From positions 309,767 through 373,766 of the forward strand of contig DBQF01000001.1 in assembly GCA_002305115.1 (NCBI GenBank): a DNA stretch of 64,000 bases, in the 5' to 3' direction. The position numbers and the translations under genes are program-made. How positions within the stretch are numbered: position 1 is the first letter of the stretch; every line of letters starts with the position of its first letter. The notes under the pieces were generated by a model, which ran no database searches, was not told the DNA's origin, and saw only the letters and a program-made list of their open reading frames with translations. Source of the stretch: a candidate division WWE3 bacterium UBA1401 (GTDB lineage: Bacteria > Patescibacteriota > WWE3 > UBA101185 > UBA10185). Below are positions 27,500 through 35,042 of the stretch, in pieces.

Positions 27500-27769
27500 A
27501 TGTCTTCGATAATAATACGGTTACTTATTGGAAAGAGTGGGGGTTGCACACCTCATCTCCTTTGCATGCCCCGCTACGGTAGAATGGGTCCATGGCCAGG
27601 GGGCCTCAAAAAGACTACGGATCCGGCTGAGGTAGTATGTGTTGTCCTAATTGCAATTTATGCATGTATAACTGCAATTGGAGGACTCACTGCTTTGGCC
27701 TTGTATTGGCTACTGCAACTAGTCTTTCTTCTTCACGCCCTGTATCAACTACTGAGTCTGTTGGCGTGA
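27500..27769 (+). CDS. Possible small membrane protein (89 aa) in a convergent spacer; coding status uncertain
   Basis: GGGAGG lies 6 nt before the ATG. The C-terminal half contains two hydrophobic helices. The N-terminal half is encoded by an atypically GC-rich patch and is Gly/Pro/Cys-rich, which is equally compatible with structured RNA. Confidence 0.3.
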   Translation: MSSIIIRLLIGKSGGCTPHLLCMPRYGRMGPWPGGLKKTTDPAEVVCVVLIAIYACITAIGGLTALALYWLLQLVFLLHALYQLLSLLA

Positions 27770-27832
27770 CCCTGGGGGGATGTCTTGCTTGCTTATGCAC
27801 GCCAGATATCCCCTTGTATTTCTAGTTAGAAG

Positions 27833-28681
27833 TCAGTTGTTAGTTGTTATTTCTAACCTCTTTACCAGCTCATCCAGCGCTTTGGGATTATTCACCGCGA
27901 TCCAACAATTATTAGGAATTGGTACAGCCCCCAGCTTTTGCTCCTTTGCTAACTCCGGGAACAACACCTTCTCAAAATCCATCTTCTGGCCAAAATCAAA
28001 CAACCTATCAAAATAACCATATACTTCTGGTGAAAACAACGTAACACCAACGTGTGTAGGTACAGGAATTGGCGGATACATCTCAATATCCTTCACCAGT
28101 CCCTTCTGTACACTCATACCGGTATACTGATATGGCGTTTCTTCCACAACAACCACAGTAGCCAAGGCACCTTGTTCCACAGCTTTTAAATGCCCTTCAA
28201 TAATATCCTTCACATAATTTCCTTTGTAATTCACTATCATGTCATCCGGATTATGAATGATTAAGTTACTGGTACTTGGAATAGCCCCCGTTAACAGCGC
28301 ATTTTTAACAGCTCCCCCCTTACCTGCAGGCGGTTCCGGATCATACGAATAATTAATAGTCACGCCAAGTTTTTTTCCATCACCTAGAACATTAATAATT
28401 GACTCAGCTTTGTGATACACCAAGGCCAGAAAATTTGTGATGCCTGCATCTCTATACAGCTTGATGGTTTTCTCAATCATAGTTTCGCCATCTGGCAGTA
28501 TGAGGGAGGTTTTGTGTACATTCTGCGAATCTGTGACAGTTTTTAACCTGGATCCTAAGCCGCCTGCCATCAAAGCCACTATTGTGTTATTAGCAAACTC
28601 CTTCCATAAAGTTTCATCTCTAATTGTGTTTTGGGAAAATGTGCAAATATTCTGCTTAAGGTTTAGTAGTGCATCTTTCAT
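27833..28681 (-). CDS. Sugar-phosphate nucleotidyltransferase (NTP_transferase family)
   Basis: ..[13 protein letters not shown].. pyrophosphorylase signature (GxGxRL) and a ..PAGKGGA.. motif. 282 aa. Confidence 0.85.
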   Translation of the reverse strand: MKDALLNLKQNICTFSQNTIRDETLWKEFANNTIVALMAGGLGSRLKTVTDSQNVHKTSLILPDGETMIEKTIKLYRDAGITNFLALVYHKAESIINVLGDGKKLGVTINYSYDPEPPAGKGGAVKNALLTGAIPSTSNLIIHNPDDMIVNYKGNYVKDIIEGHLKAVEQGALATVVVVEETPYQYTGMSVQKGLVKDIEMYPPIPVPTHVGVTLFSPEVYGYFDRLFDFGQKMDFEKVLFPELAKEQKLGAVPIPNNCWIAVNNPKALDELVKRLEITTNN

Positions 28682-29710
28682 ATGTATGATAGATTATACA
28701 TTAGTCCTATGGATGAAAGAAAAAAGCGTCTGGAGGCGCTTAATCAAAAATTATATATAGCCGATAAACGCGCAAAGATAAAAAGCCTTGAAGAGCAATT
28801 GCTTGACGAAACTCTTTGGCAGGATTGGGAAAAAGGCCAAAGTGTTACGCAAGATTTAGCTGAGCTAAGAAAGGATGTGGAAGATTATGACCTGCTTGAG
28901 CTGTACTTGGTAGAAGAAGATTTTGAGAGTTTTGATAAAGAAATAGATAAATTAGAAGAAAAAACTTTTCTATCTGGCAAACACGATAAAGCAGATGCCT
29001 ATCTGTCTATTCATGCCGGTCAGGGTGGCACCGAAGCTATGGATTGGGCAGAAATGCTGCTGCGTATGTACGCGCAGTATGCCGAAAGAAAAGGTTGGAA
29101 GGTGCAGGAACTAGATAAGCTTCAGGGTGAAGAAGCAGGCGTTAAAAGTGTTACTTTAGAAGTTACGGGAAGGTACGCTTACGGTTTTTTAAAGAATGAG
29201 TCTGGTGTACACAGATTAGTTAGGCAATCTCCATTTAACGCAGATAATTTGCGGCAGACCTCTTTTGCTCTGGTAGAAGTTATTCCGGTGGTGGATGATG
29301 ATATTGATATTGAAATTAAAGATGAGGACATAGAATTTGAAGCTTTTCGAGCGGGCGGCCACGGTGGCCAGAACGTGAACAAGGTATCTACAGCAGTGAG
29401 AATCAAGCATGTTCCGACAGGGATTGTAGTGGAAAACCAAACAGAGCGTTATCAGGCGCAAAACAGAGAAAAAGCCATGAAGGTGTTGAAGTCTAAGCTT
29501 TATGCGTTGGAACTACAGAGGCAAGAAGAAGAGATGGCGAAGCTTAAGGGCGTACATAAAACTCCTGGCTGGGGAAATCAAATACGCAATTATGTTTTGC
29601 ATCCTTATAAGTTAGTAAAAGATCTAAGAACAGGTGTAGAGAGTACTAACCCCGAGGCGGTTCTAGATGGTGATTTAGATGTATTTATAGACGCGCTCCT
29701 ACGGCTATAG
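28682..29710 (+). CDS. prfB: Peptide chain release factor 2 (single in-frame ORF; the start could be the ATG at 28709)
   Basis: Contains the SPF tripeptide (VRQSPFNAD), the GGQ motif ([10 protein letters not shown]) and an RF2-like N-terminus. I found no in-frame TGA or CTT-TGA shift site. Confidence 0.93.
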   Translation: MYDRLYISPMDERKKRLEALNQKLYIADKRAKIKSLEEQLLDETLWQDWEKGQSVTQDLAELRKDVEDYDLLELYLVEEDFESFDKEIDKLEEKTFLSGKHDKADAYLSIHAGQGGTEAMDWAEMLLRMYAQYAERKGWKVQELDKLQGEEAGVKSVTLEVTGRYAYGFLKNESGVHRLVRQSPFNADNLRQTSFALVEVIPVVDDDIDIEIKDEDIEFEAFRAGGHGGQNVNKVSTAVRIKHVPTGIVVENQTERYQAQNREKAMKVLKSKLYALELQRQEEEMAKLKGVHKTPGWGNQIRNYVLHPYKLVKDLRTGVESTNPEAVLDGDLDVFIDALLRL

Positions 29711-29875
29711 CTGCTAATAGTGTTGGTATAGTTTAAAACTATAGTGTCACATGTGTTATTTGTGTTTTATCCTTTATTTTATTTAGTATATAGGTCAAAG
29801 TTTTTATTTTAGGCACAATATTTATCGCTATATTGCTTGGGAGTAGACATTACGCTAATGATTGTTATACTTTTC

Positions 29876-29904
29876 TTGACAGATCAATATGACCTATATA
29901 GCAT
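29876..29904 (+). promoter_or_regulatory. Sigma70-like promoter candidate TTGACA-17 nt-TAGCAT upstream of the TasA-like locus
   Basis: Hexamers counted by hand. It lies in a 306-nt AT-rich spacer after prfB. Confidence 0.4.
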
Positions 29905-29967
29905 ATTTATTACATGAGTATTTTGTGGTTTGCAAAAAATCATGAGTTAGTTTGAGTAGGTATTGAT

Positions 29968-29999
29968 TCCCGGCTTTTTGGCTGGGATTTTTTTGTTTT
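29968..29999 (+). terminator. Terminator-like hairpin plus long T-run in the 5' leader, 17 nt before the first TasA-like ATG (possible attenuator)
   Basis: TCCCGGC (29968-29974) pairs with GCTGGGA (29981-29987), with one G-U pair and a 6-nt loop. It is followed by TTTTTTTGTTTT. The RBS AAGGGGGTGA and the ATG at 30017 follow. Confidence 0.5.
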
Positions 30000-30016
30000 A
30001 AAAGGGGGTGATTTAG

Positions 30017-30676
30017 ATGAGAAGAGCTTTAGTTAGTTTGTTTGTGGTTGGTGCTGTGGTGGCTGCAGCGGTGGGTGTTACACGCGCTGTGTTTACGGAT
30101 AGGGAGGTCTCGCAGGGAAATGTCTTGGGAGTAGAGGACAATTTCACTTTAGTACTGGATGGTGAAAATAACGCTGGTAACAGAATTGGTTCTCTCAAGA
30201 AGCTGTTTAATGTTTCGAATTTGGTGCCTGGTGGTGAACCGGCTGTGGCTTATCTTGAGATCAAGAACGCCAGTGATATGCCTATGATCTTTAGGGTGTA
30301 TGCTGACAATGTTTCGGATAATCCTACTTCAGAAGGAAGACTGCGCGACAAGTTGCATGTTAAGGCCACTCTAAACCCGACAGACTATCCCAATCCTTAT
30401 CTAGATGGTGACCTTTATGGCAGTCCTGGTAATGTTATCGTCCAAGATGTTCGTGTACGGGATATCATAGGAACAGCACATGCGCTAGATAATATATCTG
30501 CTGCGTTTGATTATACAGAACCTCTTGAATCTGGGTATGTAGCTGTTTACAAGCTGGAGGTTTGGTTAGAGTTAGGTGCGGGTAACGCTTTCCAGGGGGA
30601 AGAATTAACTGGGGATTTGGTAGTTGATGCAACGCAGTACGATGGGCAAACAGAGAGCAGTGTTTTATGGAATTAG
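30017..30676 (+). CDS. Secreted TasA/camelysin-like protein, SipW-type signal (candidate major subunit)
   Basis: N-terminus MRRALVSLFVVGAVVAAAVGVTRAVFTDREVS. Internal LFNVSNLVPGGEPAVAYLEIKNAS motif. C-terminal AGNAFQGEELTGDLVVDATQ motif, as in TasA/camelysin. Strong RBS. Confidence 0.7.
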   Translation: MRRALVSLFVVGAVVAAAVGVTRAVFTDREVSQGNVLGVEDNFTLVLDGENNAGNRIGSLKKLFNVSNLVPGGEPAVAYLEIKNASDMPMIFRVYADNVSDNPTSEGRLRDKLHVKATLNPTDYPNPYLDGDLYGSPGNVIVQDVRVRDIIGTAHALDNISAAFDYTEPLESGYVAVYKLEVWLELGAGNAFQGEELTGDLVVDATQYDGQTESSVLWN

Positions 30677-30682
30677 GGGTTT

Positions 30683-30721
30683 TTCAGTTGCTGCTTGATC
30701 AAGTCCTGCCAAGCAACTGAA
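30683..30721 (+). promoter_or_regulatory. Intercistronic 10-bp perfect hairpin (TTCAGTTGCT ... AGCAACTGAA, 19-nt loop), no U-tract
   Basis: Pairing checked by hand. It lies 7 nt after the stop of the first TasA-like gene. Confidence 0.5.
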
Positions 30722-30762
30722 AGATCTGAGTTCTAGTTTAGAGTCTAAGGAGGTGAAAAGAT

Positions 30763-31371
30763 ATGAGAAGAATGTTAGCAAGTTTAGTGGTAGTTGTGAC
30801 TGTAGTTTCTGCTGTTGCAGGCGCAACTGGTGCAGTCTTTAGTGCCAGTGACAGCATTGAGGGCAATATTATAGCAACCGGTGTCATAAACCTTACTGTA
30901 AACGAATCCGCGGGCAAACCCTTTGAACTCTCAGGTGTATACCCTGGGTATATGAGTGACTGGGAATATCTGGATATTTATAACAATGATCACAGTCCCG
31001 ATGGTGTTCCTTTTGAGGGTTATATGGGTCTGGCCTATACAAGTGGTGAGACTTCCCTTTGGGATAAAGTCTGGGTAACTATGAAGACCGTTGGTCACGA
31101 CTCAGACTGTGACAATGGTGATGCAGGTGAAAAGGTTATTTACGATGGTTATGCCAAGAATTTTGGTAGTCATAGATTAGTAAGCTCCAGTAACTATTGG
31201 CACTTAGCTAATGAAGAAGATGGTTCTGGTACTCCTGCTGACAACATTAGAGTTGGCTATTCCGAGCGAGTTTGCCAGAAAGTAGGGCTTCACTCGTCTG
31301 CTGATTCCTCACTTATGGGCAAAAATGTAGAATTTACAGAAACCATAACTGCGGATAGCGATAATGACTAG
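30763..31371 (+). CDS. Secreted TasA-like paralogue, SipW-type signal
   Basis: N-terminus MRRMLASLVVVVTVVSAVAGATGAVFSASDSIEGN. Contains PFELSGVYPGYMSDWEYLDIYNN. AGGAGG RBS (..taaggaggtgaaaagatATG). Confidence 0.6.
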   Translation: MRRMLASLVVVVTVVSAVAGATGAVFSASDSIEGNIIATGVINLTVNESAGKPFELSGVYPGYMSDWEYLDIYNNDHSPDGVPFEGYMGLAYTSGETSLWDKVWVTMKTVGHDSDCDNGDAGEKVIYDGYAKNFGSHRLVSSSNYWHLANEEDGSGTPADNIRVGYSERVCQKVGLHSSADSSLMGKNVEFTETITADSDND

Positions 31372-31390
31372 TTGGTGTTGGTTTTGAGGT

Positions 31391-31418
31391 TGTATAAGGG
31401 AACGCGTGCCCTTATACA
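31391..31418 (+). promoter_or_regulatory. Intercistronic 10-bp perfect hairpin (TGTATAAGGG-aacgcgtg-CCCTTATACA), no U-tract
   Basis: Pairing checked by hand. It lies between the second TasA-like gene and sipW copy 2. Confidence 0.5.
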
Positions 31419-31451
31419 GCCCACTAAGCCAATAAATAATATAATAAAGCT

Positions 31452-32108
31452 ATGGCGATCAGACCAAAAAAACTAATTAACATAGGCTATTGGGCACTGC
31501 TGGTGCTTTTGCTGGTTATAGCCTGTACTTCTGCTTTGTCTATCTTTTCAATTCCCAGTGGCATACGTCTTTTTGTTGTTCAGTCCGGTTCAATGCAGCC
31601 TGCCATTAAAACAGGCAGCATTGTTGTGGTAAAAAAGAGCACTTCTTATGCCAAAGGTGATGTTATAACGTTCTCAGCTAAAAAAGGCAGTGATATAAAA
31701 AATCCAAAAAACCTTATTACGCATAGAATAATTGATATCAGAACAGACAATGACTTAACTAGCTATATAACTAAAGGTGATGCCAATAACGTAGAAGACT
31801 TTATTTCACCTGAGAGGGAACAAGTTCTAGGCAAAGTCATTTTTGCTATTCCTTATTTAGGTTATCCAGTTAGTTATGCAAAGACGCAGACCGGTTTTAT
31901 CGTACTTATAGTTATTCCTGCTACCCTTATTGTCTATAGTGAATTGCTACATATAAAAAACGAAGCTAAACGGCTTATGCAAGAAAGGAAAAAACGCAAA
32001 CTGACAAAGACAGAAGAACTGGAAGAAAAAGTTGGTGAGGAAATAATGGAAGTTGAACAAGATGTTAAAGAAATGTTTAAGAAAAAAGGTAAAAATGCAA
32101 AAGCCTGA
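31452..32108 (+). CDS. sipW: Signal peptidase I, SipW/archaeal-ER type (copy 2), with a C-terminal TM and a ~55-aa K/E-rich tail
   Basis: Motifs VVQSGSMQPAI, LITHRIID and KGDANNVED. It has an N-terminal TM, a second TM (GFIVLIVIPATLIVYSELL) and then a charged tail. Confidence 0.85.
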   Translation: MAIRPKKLINIGYWALLVLLLVIACTSALSIFSIPSGIRLFVVQSGSMQPAIKTGSIVVVKKSTSYAKGDVITFSAKKGSDIKNPKNLITHRIIDIRTDNDLTSYITKGDANNVEDFISPEREQVLGKVIFAIPYLGYPVSYAKTQTGFIVLIVIPATLIVYSELLHIKNEAKRLMQERKKRKLTKTEELEEKVGEEIMEVEQDVKEMFKKKGKNAKA

Positions 32109-32841
32109 AATCCTTAACCAAACATTAAAAGGGACAGTACTTATTATCCTGGTGGGTATATTACTAATGCCAGCAACTAACGCTGAGTTTTCGGATAAAG
32201 AAGAATTACCAGGGCATAAGGTTACTACGGGGTATTGGGTGGAGCCTGAGGTGGAGGTGCAATATCCAAATGGCGGAGAAGTTTTCGAATTGGGTGACAA
32301 AGTAACCATAAGCTGGACTGCTTCTAGTGCAGATCCTAATTCCGATCTATTTATAAAAGTTTTTTTGTCTACAGATGGTGGCAACAACTATACTTTGCTA
32401 AAAGATGGGTTAGTTAATGCTACTGAATATGAGTGGACAATAGAGACTAAATCAGATGCTATGCGTGTTGGCGTAGAAGTAACAGATGAACACGGGCTTG
32501 TGGGTTGGGATGAAAGTGACGCAAATTTTGACCCTGATGACTCAGAGGAAAAGGATGATAAAGAAGATAAAGGTAAAAAAGATAAAGATGATGGTAAAGA
32601 CAGTGACAAAGATAATGATAACGATAAGAAAGATGATAATACCAAAGTTCCTGAGGTTCCCGCGCAGGAATTGACTGCCCCTGTAGAAATCCCTGAAAGT
32701 ACGCCTAGTGCTTCCCCAGAAGAACCTGCTCAACAGGAACAAGAAGAACAGCAACAGCCGGAAGAAGAACCTACTAGTAATGACCCAGAGCCTTCCGACG
32801 AACCTGCCGCAGAGGAACCCCCCACCGATGTACAGGAATAA
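32095..32841 (+). CDS. Secreted protein with a SipW-type signal, an Ig-like domain and a long acidic/Pro-rich tail
   Basis: From the ATG at 32095 (14-nt overlap with sipW) it reads MQKPEILNQTLKGTVLIILVGILLMPATNAEFSDKEE. It then has YPNGGEVFELGDKVTISW..STDGGNNYT..EYEWTI and a D/K/E/P-rich C-terminal third. Confidence 0.65.
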   Translation: MQKPEILNQTLKGTVLIILVGILLMPATNAEFSDKEELPGHKVTTGYWVEPEVEVQYPNGGEVFELGDKVTISWTASSADPNSDLFIKVFLSTDGGNNYTLLKDGLVNATEYEWTIETKSDAMRVGVEVTDEHGLVGWDESDANFDPDDSEEKDDKEDKGKKDKDDGKDSDKDNDNDKKDDNTKVPEVPAQELTAPVEIPESTPSASPEEPAQQEQEEQQQPEEEPTSNDPEPSDEPAAEEPPTDVQE

Positions 32842-33769
32842 TCTGGTATTTAAAATTGCAGCACTACTTATACTAATGTATGTATTGCCAAGAAAAGCTT
32901 TGGCATACGATATTCAATTTACATGTGATAACTCCAATTGTAATATCACTTCAGACAATACAAAACTATTTAACGAAACTAATATTTATCCGAACTGGAC
33001 TACTACCAAAGTCTTGCAGGTAGTAAACACTTCCTCAACTACTAATACTTTTGGTATAAAGCTTGCAAGTTCTGGGTTTTTAACTAGCTTTGCCAAATTT
33101 CCTGATGAATTAGCTATTACAATTACCAAGAGTTCCGACTCTAGTCACATTTACGGGCCAAAGACCTTTTCTGAATGGAAGGCTGATGATTATGTAACGC
33201 TTGGGGCTGTGGAATCATATAGTACACAAGACTTTGACTTTGCGGTTGCTTTTGCAGATGTAGGCAATGATTTTCGGGGAAGTATATTGTCATTTGATTT
33301 GGCCTTGGGCATAGAACATGGTACAAAATCTACAAAACAACCGTCTGGAGGTACTGATAATGACGATGATGACGAAGATGATCGAGACACTGATGCTGTT
33401 ATTCAGAGTGTTCAGGGAGTTATGATCCATGCTCCGTCGGATCTTACTAGACTTCAGGAGCCCATCACATATGCATCAGAAGCTGTTGTAGTAGATCCTG
33501 TGGTTGAAGATTTGACCGGTGCGTATTCCATAGCTGGGGCAGCTACATGTAAAGACCCCTTCTGGTGGCCTCTGTTATATATACTAGCAATTTTTGCTCA
33601 TTTAGTTGTTTCGGGGCTAAGGCTAAAGAAAGTGCCTGCTAAGACCTTGCAATTAGGTGTTGCGTTAGTCTTTGTGTATGTTTTCCTTAAATATTTTTGT
33701 CCTTGGTGGGACTTTATTCCCAGTGTTGTCTTAGGTCTGGTATTCCTTCTTGTACCTAAAACCAGCTAA
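32828..33769 (+). CDS. TasA-like protein with a conventional signal peptide, a poly-Asp linker and a C-terminal multi-TM anchor
   Basis: From the ATG at 32828 (14-nt overlap) it reads MYRNNLVFKIAALLILMYVLPRKALA-YD. It contains LFNETNIYPNWTTTKVLQVVNTS and VGNDFRGSILSFDLALG, then DNDDDDEDDRD. It ends with three hydrophobic helices (FWWPLLYILAIFAHLVV.., LGVALVFVYVFLKYF.., VVLGLVFLLV). Confidence 0.6.
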   Translation: MYRNNLVFKIAALLILMYVLPRKALAYDIQFTCDNSNCNITSDNTKLFNETNIYPNWTTTKVLQVVNTSSTTNTFGIKLASSGFLTSFAKFPDELAITITKSSDSSHIYGPKTFSEWKADDYVTLGAVESYSTQDFDFAVAFADVGNDFRGSILSFDLALGIEHGTKSTKQPSGGTDNDDDDEDDRDTDAVIQSVQGVMIHAPSDLTRLQEPITYASEAVVVDPVVEDLTGAYSIAGAATCKDPFWWPLLYILAIFAHLVVSGLRLKKVPAKTLQLGVALVFVYVFLKYFCPWWDFIPSVVLGLVFLLVPKTS

Positions 33770-33784
33770 AAATCTAGACAAACT

Positions 33785-34996
33785 TTGTACCCAATGTATA
33801 ATAAGCATATGGATCAGGTACAAAATCTTGGGCAGGATAGTTCCTTAAATCCTGCATTTAATACCTTTAGTGATAATATTACCCCTCATAACAAGAGCCC
33901 ACGGCTTCCGTTCATCATATTAGGCATCTTACTTATAGTTGCTGCAGTGGGTACCTTTGGTTATTTTCTAGTTAAGAATAAGCTTACTACCGAGGATCCT
34001 TTGATTAAGCCGGTTTCCTATAACGATTCCTTTGCAGATTTGGCAGACATTCCCAGTGAAGTAATAAGCCCAATAACAGGTGAAATCTTTAGGGGTATTG
34101 AAGCCAAGGACTGGTGGATCAGAAGGCCTCTCGCTGTCATGATAAATAACTATGTAGATGCGCGCCCTCAGTCAGGGCTTACTGCGGCTGACATTGTGTA
34201 TGAGATAGTAGCAGAGGGTGGTATTACAAGGTTCCTGGCCTTCTATTTATCTAGTACACCTGAAAAAATCGGCCCTGTAAGAAGTACTAGAGAATACTAC
34301 TTGGTACTTGTAAAGGAACTGGGTGATGCCATGATTATGCATATTGGCTGGTCTCCTCAAGCGCTTGTTGCTATAGAAACCTGGCCGGTAAGAAGCCTGG
34401 AAAGAGGTGGCGCCACTTTTTGGCGTGAAAATCCTAGAAACGTTGCAACAGAACACACTGCTTATGTTAATGGCGTTGAACTTTACGAAAAAGGTATGGA
34501 ACTTGGTTGGGAAGGTAAACGTGCACTGGAAATGTGGCAATTTAAAGATGAGCCTAAGTACCAGACTTTACCGGATGCAAAAAATATAACTATTGATTTT
34601 TGGTACGAAGGTGACTATTCTGCTATTTGGAAGTACGATGAAGCTACCAACACTTATATGAGGTATACAGGTTACAATGAAGCAGGTGACCCTATTGCAC
34701 ACAAAGATCAGGAAACAGGTGACCAGGTGCGGGTAAGTAACTTACTGGTGCAGTTTGTGGATGAAGCACCTATAGCGGGTGATGACAAAAATAGGCTTAC
34801 CTATGAACTTCTGGGTAGTGGTGAAGGTTATGCGTTTATTGATGGTAAAGTGCAAGATGTCACATGGCTTAAGGCAGAGAGAGATGTGCGTACCAGGTTT
34901 TATGATATAAACGGTAATGAATTAGAGTTCACCCGTGGTAAATTCTGGGTAAGTGTTGTACCTAGTAGAAATAAAGATCAAGTTATTTTTAACTGA
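33785..34996 (+). CDS. DUF3048 (YerB-like) extracytoplasmic protein with an N-terminal TM
   Basis: ..RPLAVMINNYVDARPQSGLTAADIVYEIVAEGGITRFLAFY.. matches the DUF3048 core as I remember it from B. subtilis YerB. The exact start is uncertain (33785, 33794 or 33809). Confidence 0.8.
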   Translation: MYPMYNKHMDQVQNLGQDSSLNPAFNTFSDNITPHNKSPRLPFIILGILLIVAAVGTFGYFLVKNKLTTEDPLIKPVSYNDSFADLADIPSEVISPITGEIFRGIEAKDWWIRRPLAVMINNYVDARPQSGLTAADIVYEIVAEGGITRFLAFYLSSTPEKIGPVRSTREYYLVLVKELGDAMIMHIGWSPQALVAIETWPVRSLERGGATFWRENPRNVATEHTAYVNGVELYEKGMELGWEGKRALEMWQFKDEPKYQTLPDAKNITIDFWYEGDYSAIWKYDEATNTYMRYTGYNEAGDPIAHKDQETGDQVRVSNLLVQFVDEAPIAGDDKNRLTYELLGSGEGYAFIDGKVQDVTWLKAERDVRTRFYDINGNELEFTRGKFWVSVVPSRNKDQVIFN

Positions 34997-35042
34997 TCTG
35001 CTCCGTAGGTGTTAGGAGCCTGTCCCAGTCAGTTTGGAGGTT

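Noticed and set aside
27637-27825. Cys-rich 62-aa ORF (MCCPNCNLCMYNCNW..) that resembles a RiPP or bacteriocin precursor.
   Set aside because: It overlaps the 27500 ORF in another frame, has no RBS, and no maturation genes are nearby. It is most likely a chance frame in a GC-rich patch.
27341-27832. Possible tmRNA, RNase P RNA or SRP RNA in the convergent spacer.
   Set aside because: I read both strands. There is no tRNA-like 3' end (GGTTCGA..TCC..CCACCA) or matching GGGG acceptor partner, no GAGGAAAGTCCGGGC / ACAGAACCCGGCTTA pair at a sensible spacing, and no GGAAGCAGCC SRP motif. Only weak partial resemblances remain. The region is kept as an open finding rather than an ncRNA call.
32520-32830. 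Repetitive gat/aaa/gaa-rich DNA that might be a repeat element.
   Set aside because: It is the coding sequence for the D/K/E/P-rich low-complexity tail of the 32095-32841 protein. The alternative-frame ORFs listed there (32388-32645, 32486-32674, 32542-32754) are artefacts of that composition.
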